A stretch of 61,760 bases of DNA, the filler included, from Choristocarpus tenellus KU-1152 (lineage: Eukaryota > Protista > Phaeophyceae): the NCBI GenBank assembly GCA_964200185.2. It is 10 parts of 10 records of this genome, joined end to end, with 100 filler letters (N's around TTAATTAATTAA, not from the genome) between each part and the next. Parts side by side here need not be neighbours in the genome. Positions count along the whole stretch, not along the records: positions 25,018 to 34,810 come from CAXNAD020003389.1; positions 34,911 to 38,107 come from CAXNAD020021615.1; positions 38,208 to 44,235 come from CAXNAD020009133.1; 7 more parts are not named here. One strand, written 5' to 3'. A program made the translations under genes and the position numbers. The notes under the pieces are model-generated. The model had not been told where the DNA came from and did not search any database. It saw only the letters and a program-made list of their open reading frames with translations. Each line of letters starts with the position of its first letter. Position 1 is the stretch's first letter. Below, piece by piece: positions 27,178 through 39,759 of this stretch.

Positions 27178-29507
27178 AAGAGCCAATCATCAAAATTGAG
27201 GATGGAGCTTTTTATTGAGGATGGGCAAGACCCAGAATGGTGCGCGGAAAGTGCATATATGTTTTTGGTCAAAAATATTTCGGTGCTTGTGGAGGGCACC
27301 GCTACGATTTGGAAGTGACCTTGACAAAGCCAAAGGTACAAGGACAGACGGGCCCCCCGGGGGGGGAGCCGGTAACGGTTTGGCATGCTTATATGTATCA
27401 TACACTACATATGTTGTATTATACAATACATACATAGATACATACGTCTTCTTCCACTAGTTATAATTATTTATTCAAGGGTGATGTGGTTTGTACAAGA
27501 AAGGGTTAGATAGGTCACACCCACCAAAAACTAACCAAGTCGAAAAAGAAGAACGAACACATGTTTCATACTATACATACATGCAAAGCTTGTACTTCGT
27601 ATATATTTTTAGCTTTAATGACTGTTATTATCGGGTAATTTTGGCACGCTTAGTAAGCAAGGTCTGTCACCACACTGTCACTACATTGAGCCGATCTCGT
27701 CATCTTTTATGTTAGAGGCCGTATGTATGTACATAGCGGCCAATCTTCATACTAGAGGCAGCGTTGACCTACAATTTGACAATATTATTGGTAATGAAAA
27801 AAAGTATGTATACAATAAACAGGACACAACAGACAACAGTGAGAGTTTCTCGTTCGCTGACACGCTTTGCATGCTGACTTGCCTTTAATATATGTATGTA
27901 TATCCTCCACCACCGCATAGTCGGGTGCTTTAAGCTCCTCCCCCTTTCATTCCCCCCCTGTGACGCACATTCAGTCGCTTTTTTAAGTACAAGCTGCTGA
28001 GCGTGTCGGGGAGATAGATTATGAAAGATCACAAAAAATAAAATAAAATTACAACGATGTACGGCATCGAGCGCACATACGTATATATGTATGGGAGCAA
28101 TTGTCATGGTGTTTTCAGGCAACAGGTGGTCTTGGGCAGTGAGAAGGTCTAGGAGTGAATTGAATTCGAAGCCGGGCGTATGATGTTTGAGTTTGAAGAG
28201 ACCCGTCGGACCAAAATGAAATCTGTGTTCTGGAAAACGCATTTATTATCGCTGTGATGAAATAAAAACTAGATTCTATTCTGGTTTCAGGCAACAGGCG
28301 GTCTTGCGCAGTGAGAAGGTCTAGGAGTGAATTGAATTCGAAGCCGGGCGTATGATGTTTGAGTTTGAAGAAACCCGTCGGACCAAAATGAAATCTGTGT
28401 TCTGGAAAACACGTTTATTCTCACTGTGATGAAAAAAAACTAGATTCTATTCTGGTTTCAGGCAACAGGCGGTCTTGGGCACGATTGAATTGAATTCGAA
28501 GCCGGGCATATGATGTTTGAGTTTCGAGTGATCCGTCGGACCAGCCTGAAATCCATGTTCTGGAAAATACGTGTATTCTGGTTCTTATGAAATAAAAATT
28601 AGATTATGTTCGTAATATCAATAAATAAAAATAGAAACCACATACTTAATTGATCTAATACGTTTGAAATGTTCCGAAACGAAAAGGTCACAAAAAACTG
28701 ATACTCTATTTGTTTTAAATATGAAATCGTATACTGTTCGACATTCATATTTTTTGGGACACAATTATCAACGGAAAGAGAAGTTTGAGTTTCTTGGGTA
28801 CCGACGGACCAGATGAAATAAAGCAGCGCCTCCCAGCCCTCACTCCTCATTTCCATTCCTTCCCTTCTGTACATACCACCAGCAGCTCTTTCTTATCTAT
28901 CCCCATCACACCTTCCCAATATTCACCATGTCCAACATTCGCTCAACAACGACCCCCCCGTGGGCCAATCGCGTTGCCCATGGATCAAGAGCGTTGGACA
29001 GCAATGCCAAGGGCATGTCCTCGCTCCTCGAACAGCACTACCTCGGCATGTACAAGATGAAACTCGGCAACATCACATGCACGGAGATGGTGCGACCCCT
29101 GAGCGAGCATGTCCTTGCACGTGTCAGCAAGTCTATCTATGAGCAGTTTGCTCCATCCATCGTCATCCAACGATACTGCTTAGGCAACAGGGACCAGCTT
29201 ACCGCCGACACCGCGCTTGCTGTTGAAGGACGCACGCTGGACGGAAACCATAGAATAACGGTGTTGAAGAGAGCGTTTGATCACAAACGCGCTTTCAAGT
29301 CAAGCAAGCAAGCCAACGCAGGGCATACATGTACACGACGATCAAATGAAATCATTGCCGCCCCCCACACACTGTCCTACTACCACCTTCATCGGGATGG
29401 ATTCCCATTCGTAGCGGGGCCTTCCAAAAGTACCACAACATATATATGTGCAATTTCCACACACCAATCCGCGTCTCGCTCATCCTCAATTTTGATGATC
29501 GGCTGTT
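27178..29507 (+). mobile_element. 2.3-kb TIR element (family C) carrying a tandem array and a ParB-like ORF
   Basis: 27178-27315 is the reverse complement of about 29400-29507 (AGCCAATCATCAAAATTGAGGATG... / ...CATCCTCAATTTTGATGATCGGCTGTT); flanked by AAAA/AAAA. Confidence 0.85.
28113..28610 (+). repeat. Tandem array of a ~172-bp unit x3 (starts 28113, 28285, 28456), plus a degenerate partial unit near 28782-28820
   Basis: TTTCAGGCAACAGG(T/C)GGTCTTG...GAATTGAATTCGAAGCCGGGC...CCGTCGGACCA...GTTCTGGAAAA is repeated. Confidence 0.95.
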
Positions 29508-29509
29508 AA
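28928..29509 (+). CDS. ParB/sulfiredoxin-like N-terminal domain protein, probably 3'-truncated near 29300
   Basis: MKLGNITCTEMVRPLSEHVLARVSKSIYEQFAPSIVIQ...RTLDGNHRITVLKRAF fits the ParBc/Srx pattern (R..helix..SI...DGxHR); the last ~65 codons read through subterminal and TIR sequence. Confidence 0.65.
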   Translation: MSNIRSTTTPPWANRVAHGSRALDSNAKGMSSLLEQHYLGMYKMKLGNITCTEMVRPLSEHVLARVSKSIYEQFAPSIVIQRYCLGNRDQLTADTALAVEGRTLDGNHRITVLKRAFDHKRAFKSSKQANAGHTCTRRSNEIIAAPHTLSYYHLHRDGFPFVAGPSKSTTTYICAISTHQSASRSSSILMIGC

Positions 29510-30629
29510 AAGCAAACATTTCATGAACAAGTCCTATATTGTCTGCATCCCTATGCTACTTTGTCCAGAGCAATTGCAAAACTTTTATTGGACAAGGAAG
29601 TGTGTGGGCTGGTGACACTTGGAGTCTTGGTAAAAAAGTTGAACGGCCAACTCCTTTTCACATCCTAAAAATTCAGCAACCACATCTGCATCCATTTTGT
29701 GGTATATATTTTGATAGGAATTATTAGAGCCACGGACTATGCATGTGTGTGGTGTGTTCTTGTTTCGCATGCTGTAGGGGAATGCTTCTCAGGAGATAAG
29801 ACAGCCCTCTAAGAATATCTTTTCTCATTCTCCACATTGACTGTAACAGGTTCCCCACTAGATAAATCAATTCAATTGTGTTCTACAGTAGTGCCATATT
29901 TGGCTATTATATGAGTATGCTAATTTGTTCATCTCCTAAGAAAGTGATCAAAATTCTTACAGGTTAAACGCACCATTTGTCATGCTCAATCTTGACAAGT
30001 AGTTTTGGTAAGCTGGCAGACTTACTGCATGGGCCCATAGAAGTACATAGTATTCTCTCCAATTGTAGGGGCAAGGCAGGGTAATAGCAGTGATGCATTT
30101 GGAGGAAAATCAGTAACTTAACATTTACACTCTGAGAAACTACTAACCTGAAGAATTGGAACTCCGATTCGATTTAAGGCATTTTGACATCCTGTGAACT
30201 TCTTGCATCAAAGCGCAGTCAGTGCTTGTCCACATCCTTTCGCAATCAGCCACAACAAGAAGTAACGATAAAAAAAGTCTCCTTTGACAAGTATTTCTAT
30301 TCAACCCCACCTGCCTTCTCACCCAGATCTTACAATACGAGATAACTAGCTTCTTTCTGACCATATGCTTGATATCATACCCTGTACTAGTCGTTAGACC
30401 AGAGTCCCACCACACCCATTTGAAGAAACCAACAGCTTGCTCACAATGATTGGTTTGGTCGGAATTTTTCTTTAAAAAGCAAGTTGGGTTTTGAACTCTG
30501 AATGGCATACGCACGCTGAATCCATCAATAACCAAAATTGTTATCTCCCTACGTCAAGCTCACATTCTAATCCCTCCATACTCAACTGAGAACCCTCAGA
30601 GGTAGCTTGTTTGAAGCAGAGAGGGATCA

Positions 30630-31289
30630 TCACCGAACAGAGGTGCGTGGAAGGAGAAACCCTGTACATAGCAGATACATCTCGGTTGACTCAGACCGGG
30701 AGGCCTTTGGTTTTACTATCTTTACCTTAGAAAAAAGCCTCGTGGCCTTACGTCGTATGCTTGCCTCTTCTCCACCAGCAAGAAATTTCCCCAGGAATGA
30801 TCCTCCACGAGCCAACAACCCTACCCCCCACCCATCACCCAACCCTCCATCCCCTTCCTCTCCTTGTTCATCTGCGTTGAACTTTTCCCTTCTCTCCCTC
30901 TTACCGTTGGCTACTGCAGCGGTGCTGGTGTTGAGGTTGTGCCTACGACCTTCCCCAAGACACAGAGCCAATGCATCAAGAAATAGAGCAGCAGTCCTGG
31001 CTTGATCTGTGCCACGATCTCCACTGAAAGAAGGAGCCATATCAGAGAGGACAACTGTGGCTCTGGTTGAATCACAAAACGATCCTGTGTTGGAGGCCCC
31101 TTGAACACTGCAGCTGCCCATCCCTCCCTGCAGTCTCTCCATCGTACCCATGGATTTATTCCCTCCAGCCTCTGCAACCACTTCCATTCCACCTATTTTG
31201 TTAACACCACAAAGATCCCCACTACTACTACTAAGGGCTGAGAAAATAAATGACATTATGTTTGGATCTCTGAAATCTCCTTGAATGAT
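30630..31289 (-). CDS. RlmE/FtsJ-family rRNA 2'-O-methyltransferase (MRM2-like), terminal exon
   Basis: IQGDFRD, VVLSDMAPSFSG..D, GGSFLGKF, FSKVKIVKPKASRSESTEMYLLCTGF; GGCAG acceptor ending at 31290. Confidence 0.92.
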   Translation of the reverse strand: MIQGDFRDPNIMSFIFSALSSSSGDLCGVNKIGGMEVVAEAGGNKSMGTMERLQGGMGSCSVQGASNTGSFCDSTRATVVLSDMAPSFSGDRGTDQARTAALFLDALALCLGEGRRHNLNTSTAAVANGKRERREKFNADEQGEEGDGGLGDGWGVGLLARGGSFLGKFLAGGEEASIRRKATRLFSKVKIVKPKASRSESTEMYLLCTGFLLPRTSVR

Positions 31290-31959
31290 CTGCCAGACCC
31301 CGAAAGAGGAAAAAAACAAATAATGAGACAACGCAAGATATACACGGTGTGTATCAGGAGATGGATGAGCATGGACTGTTTGGGGATGCGAGGGTAGGGG
31401 GCAATGATGCGGGGCAAATACAATAGGAAAAAATACTAAGCAATGGAAATAAGGGGGGGAGGGGATGGGGGATTTGTGGGGCCCTGGTGAAAAAACCAAA
31501 TTTGACAATAGCCACTCCAAAAAACTGATGTATAACAACATGGTGCAATGGCACTGAAGTTCTTCAAGACTTGAGTATCACTGATGACGTAAGGAGAAAT
31601 GTATTCCAACTGCTTGAAAAAAAAGACCTTAACTTTGGGCCGGCCAATTTCAAATAGGTTTCATCTACTAGAAGCTTTACAATTGCCAACAACAAATTTC
31701 AAAGATTGATTCATCACATATTCTTCATAATTAGTTCAGTTAGTATTGGGTGGTTCAGTTGCATTCACAGTATAAACATTGATACAAAGTGATTCTGGAT
31801 ACCGTAAAAATCGTAGCAGATTTTCCCATATTACTGCACCACTATTAGGCAAGTGAGCTTGACACTGTCAGTGCTTCCTTTCAACCTATTAAAATCCCAT
31901 CAACCATACTATCTCTTACACTGGTGATGACGAAGTTAAATGTTTTTTAATGGCATTGC

Positions 31960-32135
31960 TGAGTTCTAGCCTCTCCCTGTCAACGTGCCTTGCGAGTTCG
32001 ATTATTTACTTAATAAATTAGTCTGAGCTCAAGTCCTTACCAATCAAGGTGCCTCTAGCTCAAGGCATTACCCAATAATTTGCCTGAGCTCGAGCCTTTG
32101 TCAATCAACATGCTTTCTGAGCTCCAGTCCCTAAC
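31960..32135 (+). repeat. Degenerate ~33-40-bp minisatellite built on CTGAGCTC
   Basis: CTGAGCTCAAG, CTAGCTCAAG, CTGAGCTCGAG, CTGAGCTCCAG, each followed by CAAT-like tails. Confidence 0.6.
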
Positions 32136-34910
32136 CCATCTTCCTGTTCTCCATGTTTATTTCAGTCAAGACTCAAATGAGATGTTGGACAAGCCCTGTA
32201 GTCCAATTTCCTCATGTTTCTGAGACGTCAGGTAATGCAAGAGTTCAAAAGGTCACCGCAAGAGGACTGCCTCAAGGCACAGGTCTTCAAGGAGACATAG
32301 AGGACATATTCTGTCCAGGCAAGCACAGGTGGCTTGTACGAGTGGAAATAGTCCTCGAGCGTATCCAATATGCCTACTGTGGGAAGAGAGAGCATGCCAG
32401 GGACAACAGGACCTGTAACATTTTCAGCATCAATCGAAGGCAGGATGCACAGAATCTAGGAGGTGGAGAACAAGGGCAAGTAACAGAGGTAACTGGAACA
32501 GGAGAGGATGCTGATGGCACTCCAGCAGATGGAAGTAACATTGGAATCAGGGATAGGTATGACACTCTATAGTCTGGTAACTCAACATGGGAAGGGTTAG
32601 TCGCAGAGGGTTTCAGCAGGTCTGGCAGTTAGCACATCCACTGCCGGCCACAAGGCTACAGGCCAGTCGCGTTGAAAGAGTTGATGGTCGTGGACTTGGC
32701 CTTGGCTCCCCATTCACTACTCACTCTTCCACTTGCATCTTGTATGCTATACTACTACTGTAAATACTAAAAATACCAAAATACTAACTACATCACATAA
32801 TTGTGGGTTTTCTTTATTTGACAATTACACATTAAATATTTATATATTGCCAAATAAGTCAATAGCAAGTATTACATAACTTCCATGCACACGTGCCTCC
32901 GATACTCTCATTGTACATAAAAATCGATTAGTTCTTCATTACATCAACCAAAAAAGCCCAGAGAACTTGCTATATGAACTTACGACTTAACCTTCAATGT
33001 TTTGCACACAATTTCCCCTTACTTGCATGAAGTGACCAAATGAATTTGATAGTTGGACTAGCACAATACGTAGTGGACACTGTCCAAACATGCCAAAAAA
33101 AAGAAAAAAGCAATGGCAGGTGGACATTGGACATTGTCCAGACACGTCAAGAGAATGTTAGACCATATCTGCCCGGTGCACATGGGGTGGTACAGTATCC
33201 AGTGGACACGGTCTAGACACATTAGAGAATGTTACACCCAGTCCGACTGATGGATATGCACCTGTTCAATACCTAGCAGACATGGCCTTGGGACATGCCA
33301 GATATTCTCTTTATAATTGTGGGACCAGTCCAGTCAGCGCTGACAGGACCATATTTTGTTTGCGGGCTTGATGAAACGCTCTGGTTATTAGGGATTGTCG
33401 GCAATTGCTACTAGAGCAAGTGTCTAAGTCTGCAACCTTACTAAGATAAAATTTCATCTAAGGATGGCTGCTGTGTCATCCACCGTATTCAGCCAGTGGG
33501 GGTGTGTAGTGACGGAGATCCCCTTACCTTGCTCATTCCGTACTTCCATACAATTTCCTGCGGGATCACCACATGCATGTGTAGAGTCTCTTTCCTGATG
33601 TTGCCCCCACTCCTTTGTTGATTTTTCCTAATTTCGCTGAACACAAAAGTTACAATGCCCCTGCCTTCTCATGAACTGTGAACACACTTACTGGCATCCC
33701 TAACAATCTATCCACTCAAAAAAAAAGGGGAGAAAAAAATGAAAAACAAATGGCCCCTTCCTTCAGTTTTGCTACTCACTACTCTTGGACATTAACTTCC
33801 CCCGTGCAGTGAGTAACAACATGCCCCCACTGACATCCATAGCAGGGATGACTATAGGGTTGCAGTTTAGATGGCAGTACGGCATGATTGCAAGAGAAAC
33901 CAACCACAGTATTTTGAGAGTAGCTTCCACTATCAGTCATATCTCTATTTTCATCATAATGACCTGCCGCCCCCCTATACCAAGTCGGTAGAAAGCTCCA
34001 CTTTCTCGGTAGAATTGGCAGCCTGAAAAGTAATAAATACTACTAAAGAGGTATTAAAATCGCGGCAAATCCAACTTCACTATCATGTCAATTCAAAATT
34101 TTCCTGGCCTACCTGAATTCGTTTCATTCACAACACCCTAACCCTAACCCTAACCCCTTCCAAAACTGAGTATGATCAGAGCGTAGAGCGCACCGTAGAC
34201 TCTAAACACCTGGGAAATATCTGCTTTTTTACACACTGTAAAGCAACAGCAGCGAACACAACGAAGCACCAACACTAACAGGCACTTAGAAAAGGAAAAA
34301 AAAAAAAATCCAAGAAAAGAACGCCTCAAAGGTAGTTAGTTCCCAAGTGAAAGTTTCGTTTCGACCAGGCCCCAAATGATATTCCACTTTTATTTTAGAA
34401 ATAAATAGTACTTTCCCCAACACAAAAACCGGCTAAAAAAATAGAAAAATATTATCCATGTTCTCAAGGGCAGGTGACGGCAGTTGGAATGGAGACCCCA
34501 CAGCCCTACAGTTCTCAACACCAGCGCATGTCAGAGGTGCCCTTATCGTGTAAGGGAGAAAGAGAGCATCTGACAAAAATATATATTACAGTACACGGTC
34601 TTGGGGGAGATCTGTGCTGGCACAGGAGAAGTACCTACAACATAACTTAAGACATACCGACCACTCTACTCCTTTGTCAGGCAGTGGTCTCACTTCACAC
34701 AATATCCTGTATATCTTGTCATCTCCACTGGAGAGTATTAAACCCACACCGGGCCCAGCAGGTGACACATATTGGGGTCTATTCAACGATCTACTGCCCC
34801 TCCCCCCCCCNNNNNNNNNNNNNNNNNNNNNNNNNNNNNNNNNNNNNNNNNNNNTTAATTAATTAANNNNNNNNNNNNNNNNNNNNNNNNNNNNNNNNNN
34901 NNNNNNNNNN

Positions 34911-35720
34911 CAAGCAATCTCGCCAGGTTTATCACCTTTATGTTCTTTGATGATTTTGGGGATACTTTAACATGCGACCCTTTCCACGCCGCTTTCTGCC
35001 CGTGGTACCCTTTCCCGCACTTGCAACCAAAGCATGACCGCTCCCAGTGGGCTTGCCCATGTTGATTTCTTGCAGGTTCTTGTACCTCGCAACCACTATG
35101 TCTTCAACTTCTTTTACTGTCTTGGTTTCCCCGAAATCAACAAAGGTCTTGACTCGGGAGTAGTTCTCCCCAAGCTTGTTAAGAATCGTTGCTACCTTTG
35201 TTTCTTCTGCGATAACCTCACCCATGGACTCCAGCCTAGTTTGTCAGCCTGGATAATTCAGTAAGTCCTGTCGAAGGGTCCTTTCTATTATCAACGATCA
35301 GGCGCACGTGTCTCGCCTCCTGGCGGGTCTTGGACATAAACACCGCATCAAGCTTGAGCCACCCTGCACTTGGAGACCCAGGTGCGATAAACACATGTGG
35401 AGAACGGTCTTGCAGTATGATCAGCATGAGCTGGCACGCTCTCTTCACCCATGTAGTGGCCAGTTAAAGGTCGACGTTGTTGGTCATAACAGGAACAGGT
35501 CATGGTGAAGCTCTTGTCACATGGTCTCCCTCATCACTCGCAAAGTCGATGATTCGACATACACTGCCCAAATGGCTCCCCACAGATGATGTCTGGGCCA
35601 TGAAGAGCGGTTTTGCAGTCATGGACACCCAGCGTGGACTGGGCCCTCACCGCAATAGCGTAGAAGTCTTCACCCAACTTTCCAGCGAATGTTGGCAGTG
35701 TTTTAAATCTTGGTGGTGTT
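34911..35720 (-). pseudogene. Ty1/copia gag fragment, frameshifted
   Basis: LPTFAGK..DF, SPSAGWLKLDAVF, KDPS..L..L, ATILNKLGENYSRVK...VVARY...HALVA..GRKRRGKGR resembles the copia gag (UBN2-type) layout. Confidence 0.75.
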
Positions 35721-36788
35721 GGTGGCAGACAACTCGTATACTATAATTGCTTACTATCAGCCTCATCGATCAGCACAACGTCCCAGGAACAATCGGTCCG
35801 CTAAACACAAACCCCTTGTAATATTAACATTGCATATCTACATCAAGCTATTTTGCCCTTCATCAAACAAAAGCCGTGGGTCGTGGTCTCAATTCCGTCG
35901 ACTGAATAGGTGGGTGAGACATCCGTTGACATCATTACTATTCCTATAGTGGGGGGTTTGCAATGCCCTCACTAATTTACCATGAATCACTTATCTACTT
36001 GTCTTAAGTGTGGTAAGTGTATCTTGAACATAAGACTCAAATCAACGGACACTATGATGAGTCAGAACATAAGATACATATCACTGTCTCTCCATCCTAG
36101 TACATAATCCACCGGTGGTGTCTATAGTGTATCATCAGCGCTACCTACGAACAAATCTATCCCACAAAATGCTAAATGCAGTACAGGCACCTGTCCCATC
36201 TGCAGTTGTTTCGCTACCCACTTCCTGCCTTCTTACTCTGACGTCTACAAATTTGCTTATATATATACACTTCTTTGTCCTCAATGCTCCTGCCGCAGAA
36301 GTTGAGATATTGTGCGATTTACGTGTGAAGATGAAATGTGCGCGTGGAGGAAAGGTACATACGGTCCAGGAAAGAATGAGGGCATGAGACGAAAGTTTTC
36401 CAAATCGAAAACCAGATTGGAAGGACAAACTGTTGAGGTAAGAGTTGACTAAGATACTTAATAGCTGGTTCAGTCAATGCAGAAGAGTTCCGACATATAG
36501 ATCTCGGGTGTACGAGCTCTCTCATATAGATTTAGGGCGTATGGTGTACTACTTGTGAAAAGATCTCTAGGTTTTTGGCTCCGTCCAATCATCTCTATGG
36601 TGGTAACAGCTCCATCAATTGATGAAGCCTTGTGGTTAAATTAATCACACTTGTTTGTCCGTCTGCTTGTAGTAGTGTCCATCCCAAAACCCAATTCTGC
36701 GCGATATCTTGTTTGTGTGTTCCAAACACAGGTGCAACGAAAATGAAATACACACGATGGAGCGTCTATTTGAAGGGTACAAAAGAAA

Positions 36789-36860
36789 TGCACGGACCGG
36801 GAATCGAACCCGGGTTGCCACGTCCACAGTGTGGTGTACTAACCACTATACGATCCATGC
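36789..36860 (-). tRNA. tRNA-His (GTG), possibly decaying
   Basis: GCATGGA TCGTATAGTGGTTAGTAC A CCACA CTGTGGA CGTGG CAAC CCGGG TTCGATT CCCGG TCCGTGC A folds as a cloverleaf with A/B boxes and a downstream T-run; one A-C mismatch in the anticodon stem. Confidence 0.9.
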
Positions 36861-38288
36861 AATGAATCTTGACATGAACATATGAGTCTTTGGCATATTT
36901 GAACAAAGATAAAAAATAAAATGAACACGAACGAGATTTAGGATATAATGGTGCATTTCCTTCTTTGAACTACATTTTCAACCACAAATCTGGGATACCT
37001 CAGAGTAGTGTGATGATAAATATAACAATTGAAGACAAATAATAGGGATATTGTACACTGATTCTATATAATCAGAACCCAAACACCAACCCCACCAAAT
37101 AAATTATAGAATGCATATATACTACCATGAAAGAGTAGTAGATTTGGGTATGCTGAACACTCATGAGGTCTCTCTCATAGAACCCCTAAGAATGGTTGAC
37201 ATATCCTGAGGCCAAGGATCCTATCGTCACCCATCCAACAAAAGACCAAAACTTGAAAAAAATGCCCCATGTCAGTCACTTGTCAACAATGACGTTTTTG
37301 CCTTCAATACTAAGCTGCCATGAAACCCAAAGCGCCACCCATCCAGGTTCAACTTCAAATCTCTTCTGGATAGAGTTATTATAGGCAAAATTCTATGTAA
37401 TAATTTCACAAACCAATTACAGTTCTTGTCCGTAGTATAGAGCAAGTAGTTTGTGCAAGACACACAACCGAGGGAGATACCCTAGAAATGGTCTTGTGAC
37501 CAATTCTATGGTGTCTGTTGAGGTTGCGTGTACCTTGAGTGAAAGTGCCTTAGAGGGTACGAGTTTTGCCTTGTTTATCCGTTTGGGGCTTGGCTTCCCA
37601 AGTTTTTTTATGACATTTTAACTACTCCGAAATGGAGGTATCCTCTCCACACAACCTGCTTTTGATAAACACAACTAAACAAATTTCCCGTTTTTGTATT
37701 GCACACGACAAAAAAATTATCAATTAACAGTGAACGTTGCAGATTATACCCATATTACTAACGTTTACCTACAACAGTTCAATCGTCGATGAGCTCCGCT
37801 CTTTGTCGAAAATAGTGGTTTACAAAGCAAATTATTGGTGCTAAGGGTTGGTGCATATTAGGTTATAGTGAAAATGTCGGTGAGCATATATTTCCTGGAC
37901 AATGGGTACAAGCGGGTGTTACGGACATAATACATTCATATTATTACTTCTTTTTGCGCTATATCTCCTTTCTTGCATATTTCTTCCATCATTTCTTTTT
38001 CTGCTTTACATTATTTTTACTATTAGGCTCAAAGTATCTGGGGGGGGGTGGCGGCTGTCCATTTGGGATCATTTTTTTCATATCGCGATTTTTGGGTGAT
38101 TTGATTCNNNNNNNNNNNNNNNNNNNNNNNNNNNNNNNNNNNNNNNNNNNNTTAATTAATTAANNNNNNNNNNNNNNNNNNNNNNNNNNNNNNNNNNNNN
38201 NNNNNNNAAAAAAACAAGCCCCCTCCCCCCCCCCAGCACGTGTACCCCTCTTTCCCCCCCCCCCCCCCCCCCCCCACATATCCTTCAC

Positions 38289-39759
38289 CTTATTACAGTC
38301 CCCATGCTCGCAGCGCCTGTATACAACATCCACCATGCCCTCCTCTCGGTGTCCAGCGCAGTGTGTCGGCTGGGCAACATACAGCATGGGAGAAGATGTG
38401 GGGTGAGGGGCCAAGGATTCCTGGGTGTGTCCAGGACTGCAAAGGAATAGGGCACAGGATGCATGATTGGCTAATGCATTGGCAGGACTTCATGTGCACA
38501 CCAGAGCTTCAACAATTTGTCTTTACCTGGTTCAACCCACTTAAGTTGCTTGAGTTAAAAAAATATTAAGTCCTTATAGATACATTAAGGCGCTTGGGTT
38601 GTTAAAATTGCAGGATGGGGGGGTTGAAAGGCATTGGGACAATATTACAGAAACGGGCAAAAGAGAATAGAGCTGCAAGGTTGGAGAAGAATTTGAGCAC
38701 GCAGACATGCCTTTGGGGTAGAGAAAAAAAATAAACTGACAAGAGTCAACATGAAGCGATGACATGAATTTGCTTGCTTTTATCCTGTAGAACAGTTATT
38801 GATGCCCAGGTAACCAAAATGCACCTGTTCCTCAGATATGATCGCCTCCGGCATCATTCTCCACTTACCTTTGCCCCCATGTGTCCAAAGGTGGGTTGTT
38901 TCGAGCAATCATCGTGAGCGCAGCGCCTCCCATGGATATTTACCATTGCTGGCACATGGTCAGGTAAGAAATAACGTGCACAATAACATGAGTAAGGGTC
39001 AGAACTTGACTTGTAAACTTGCATTTTTTTTTTGACAACATCACGAGATGTGGGCGATGATCTTGTTATGGTCTACAATGCTTGTTCAACCACATTTTGG
39101 ATTATGGTAGTGGAGGTGAGGGCTGAGCATACCTCCTTCGAAAGAAGGGTCCAAGGGATTGCCCTCCCTTCTGTCAAGAACTTGAAGTAAAACCTGGACT
39201 GCGATGCAATACCTTATCCCTGGACTTATATCCTATCAAAGAGGAGTCAGTAAAGTGTAAATTTCAATGAAACGGCGACCTATGTTGCTGTACCCTGTAC
39301 TACCTTCAGAGAGGTCTACGGTTATGCCTGTGTGGCCATGGTAAAATGCAAAATAACATTAACACTGGCATCAACATGTCCCAAATCTAGTGCCTTCGCC
39401 CATCACGCCAAAATTTCATGCCAGGGCATATTAATAGAAAAACGGTAAAAGAACGTTGGGCACCTACGTCGAATTTCGCTGGCAAAGCAAAGGATGTGCT
39501 GGTATTGTCAGTCCGTCATTCTTAAGATAAATCGGGTCCCTTGCTCACATGGCTCTTTGTGCGTGACGCAAAACATTGCTTTTCCTCCAGGGTGACCATA
39601 GTGTGGCCTCTTGTAGCAGCCCTCCCCCGGGCAAATCTTGTTGTGCACATTGACAAACATGGTTCCTTTGTGCAGAGCACAAGCCACAGCCTTGGTAAGG
39701 CCGGGGGGGGCATAATACGCCGGCTTGCTGCATCCTTCCCACTGACACGACTTCCGCAT
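38289..39759 (-). CDS. EsV-1-7 repeat (Cys/His zinc-binding) protein; exons about 39759-39549, 38948-38869, 38369-38289, continuing past the contig end
   Basis: Repeated C-x4-C-x-K-x-P-x-(Y/F)...C-x2-H-(K/R)...M-V-(N/D)-V motifs joined in phase by GT-AG; true start uncertain. Confidence 0.88.

Noticed and set aside
28113-28610. CRISPR-like array
   Set aside because: Whole units are repeated with no unique spacers, and there are no cas genes
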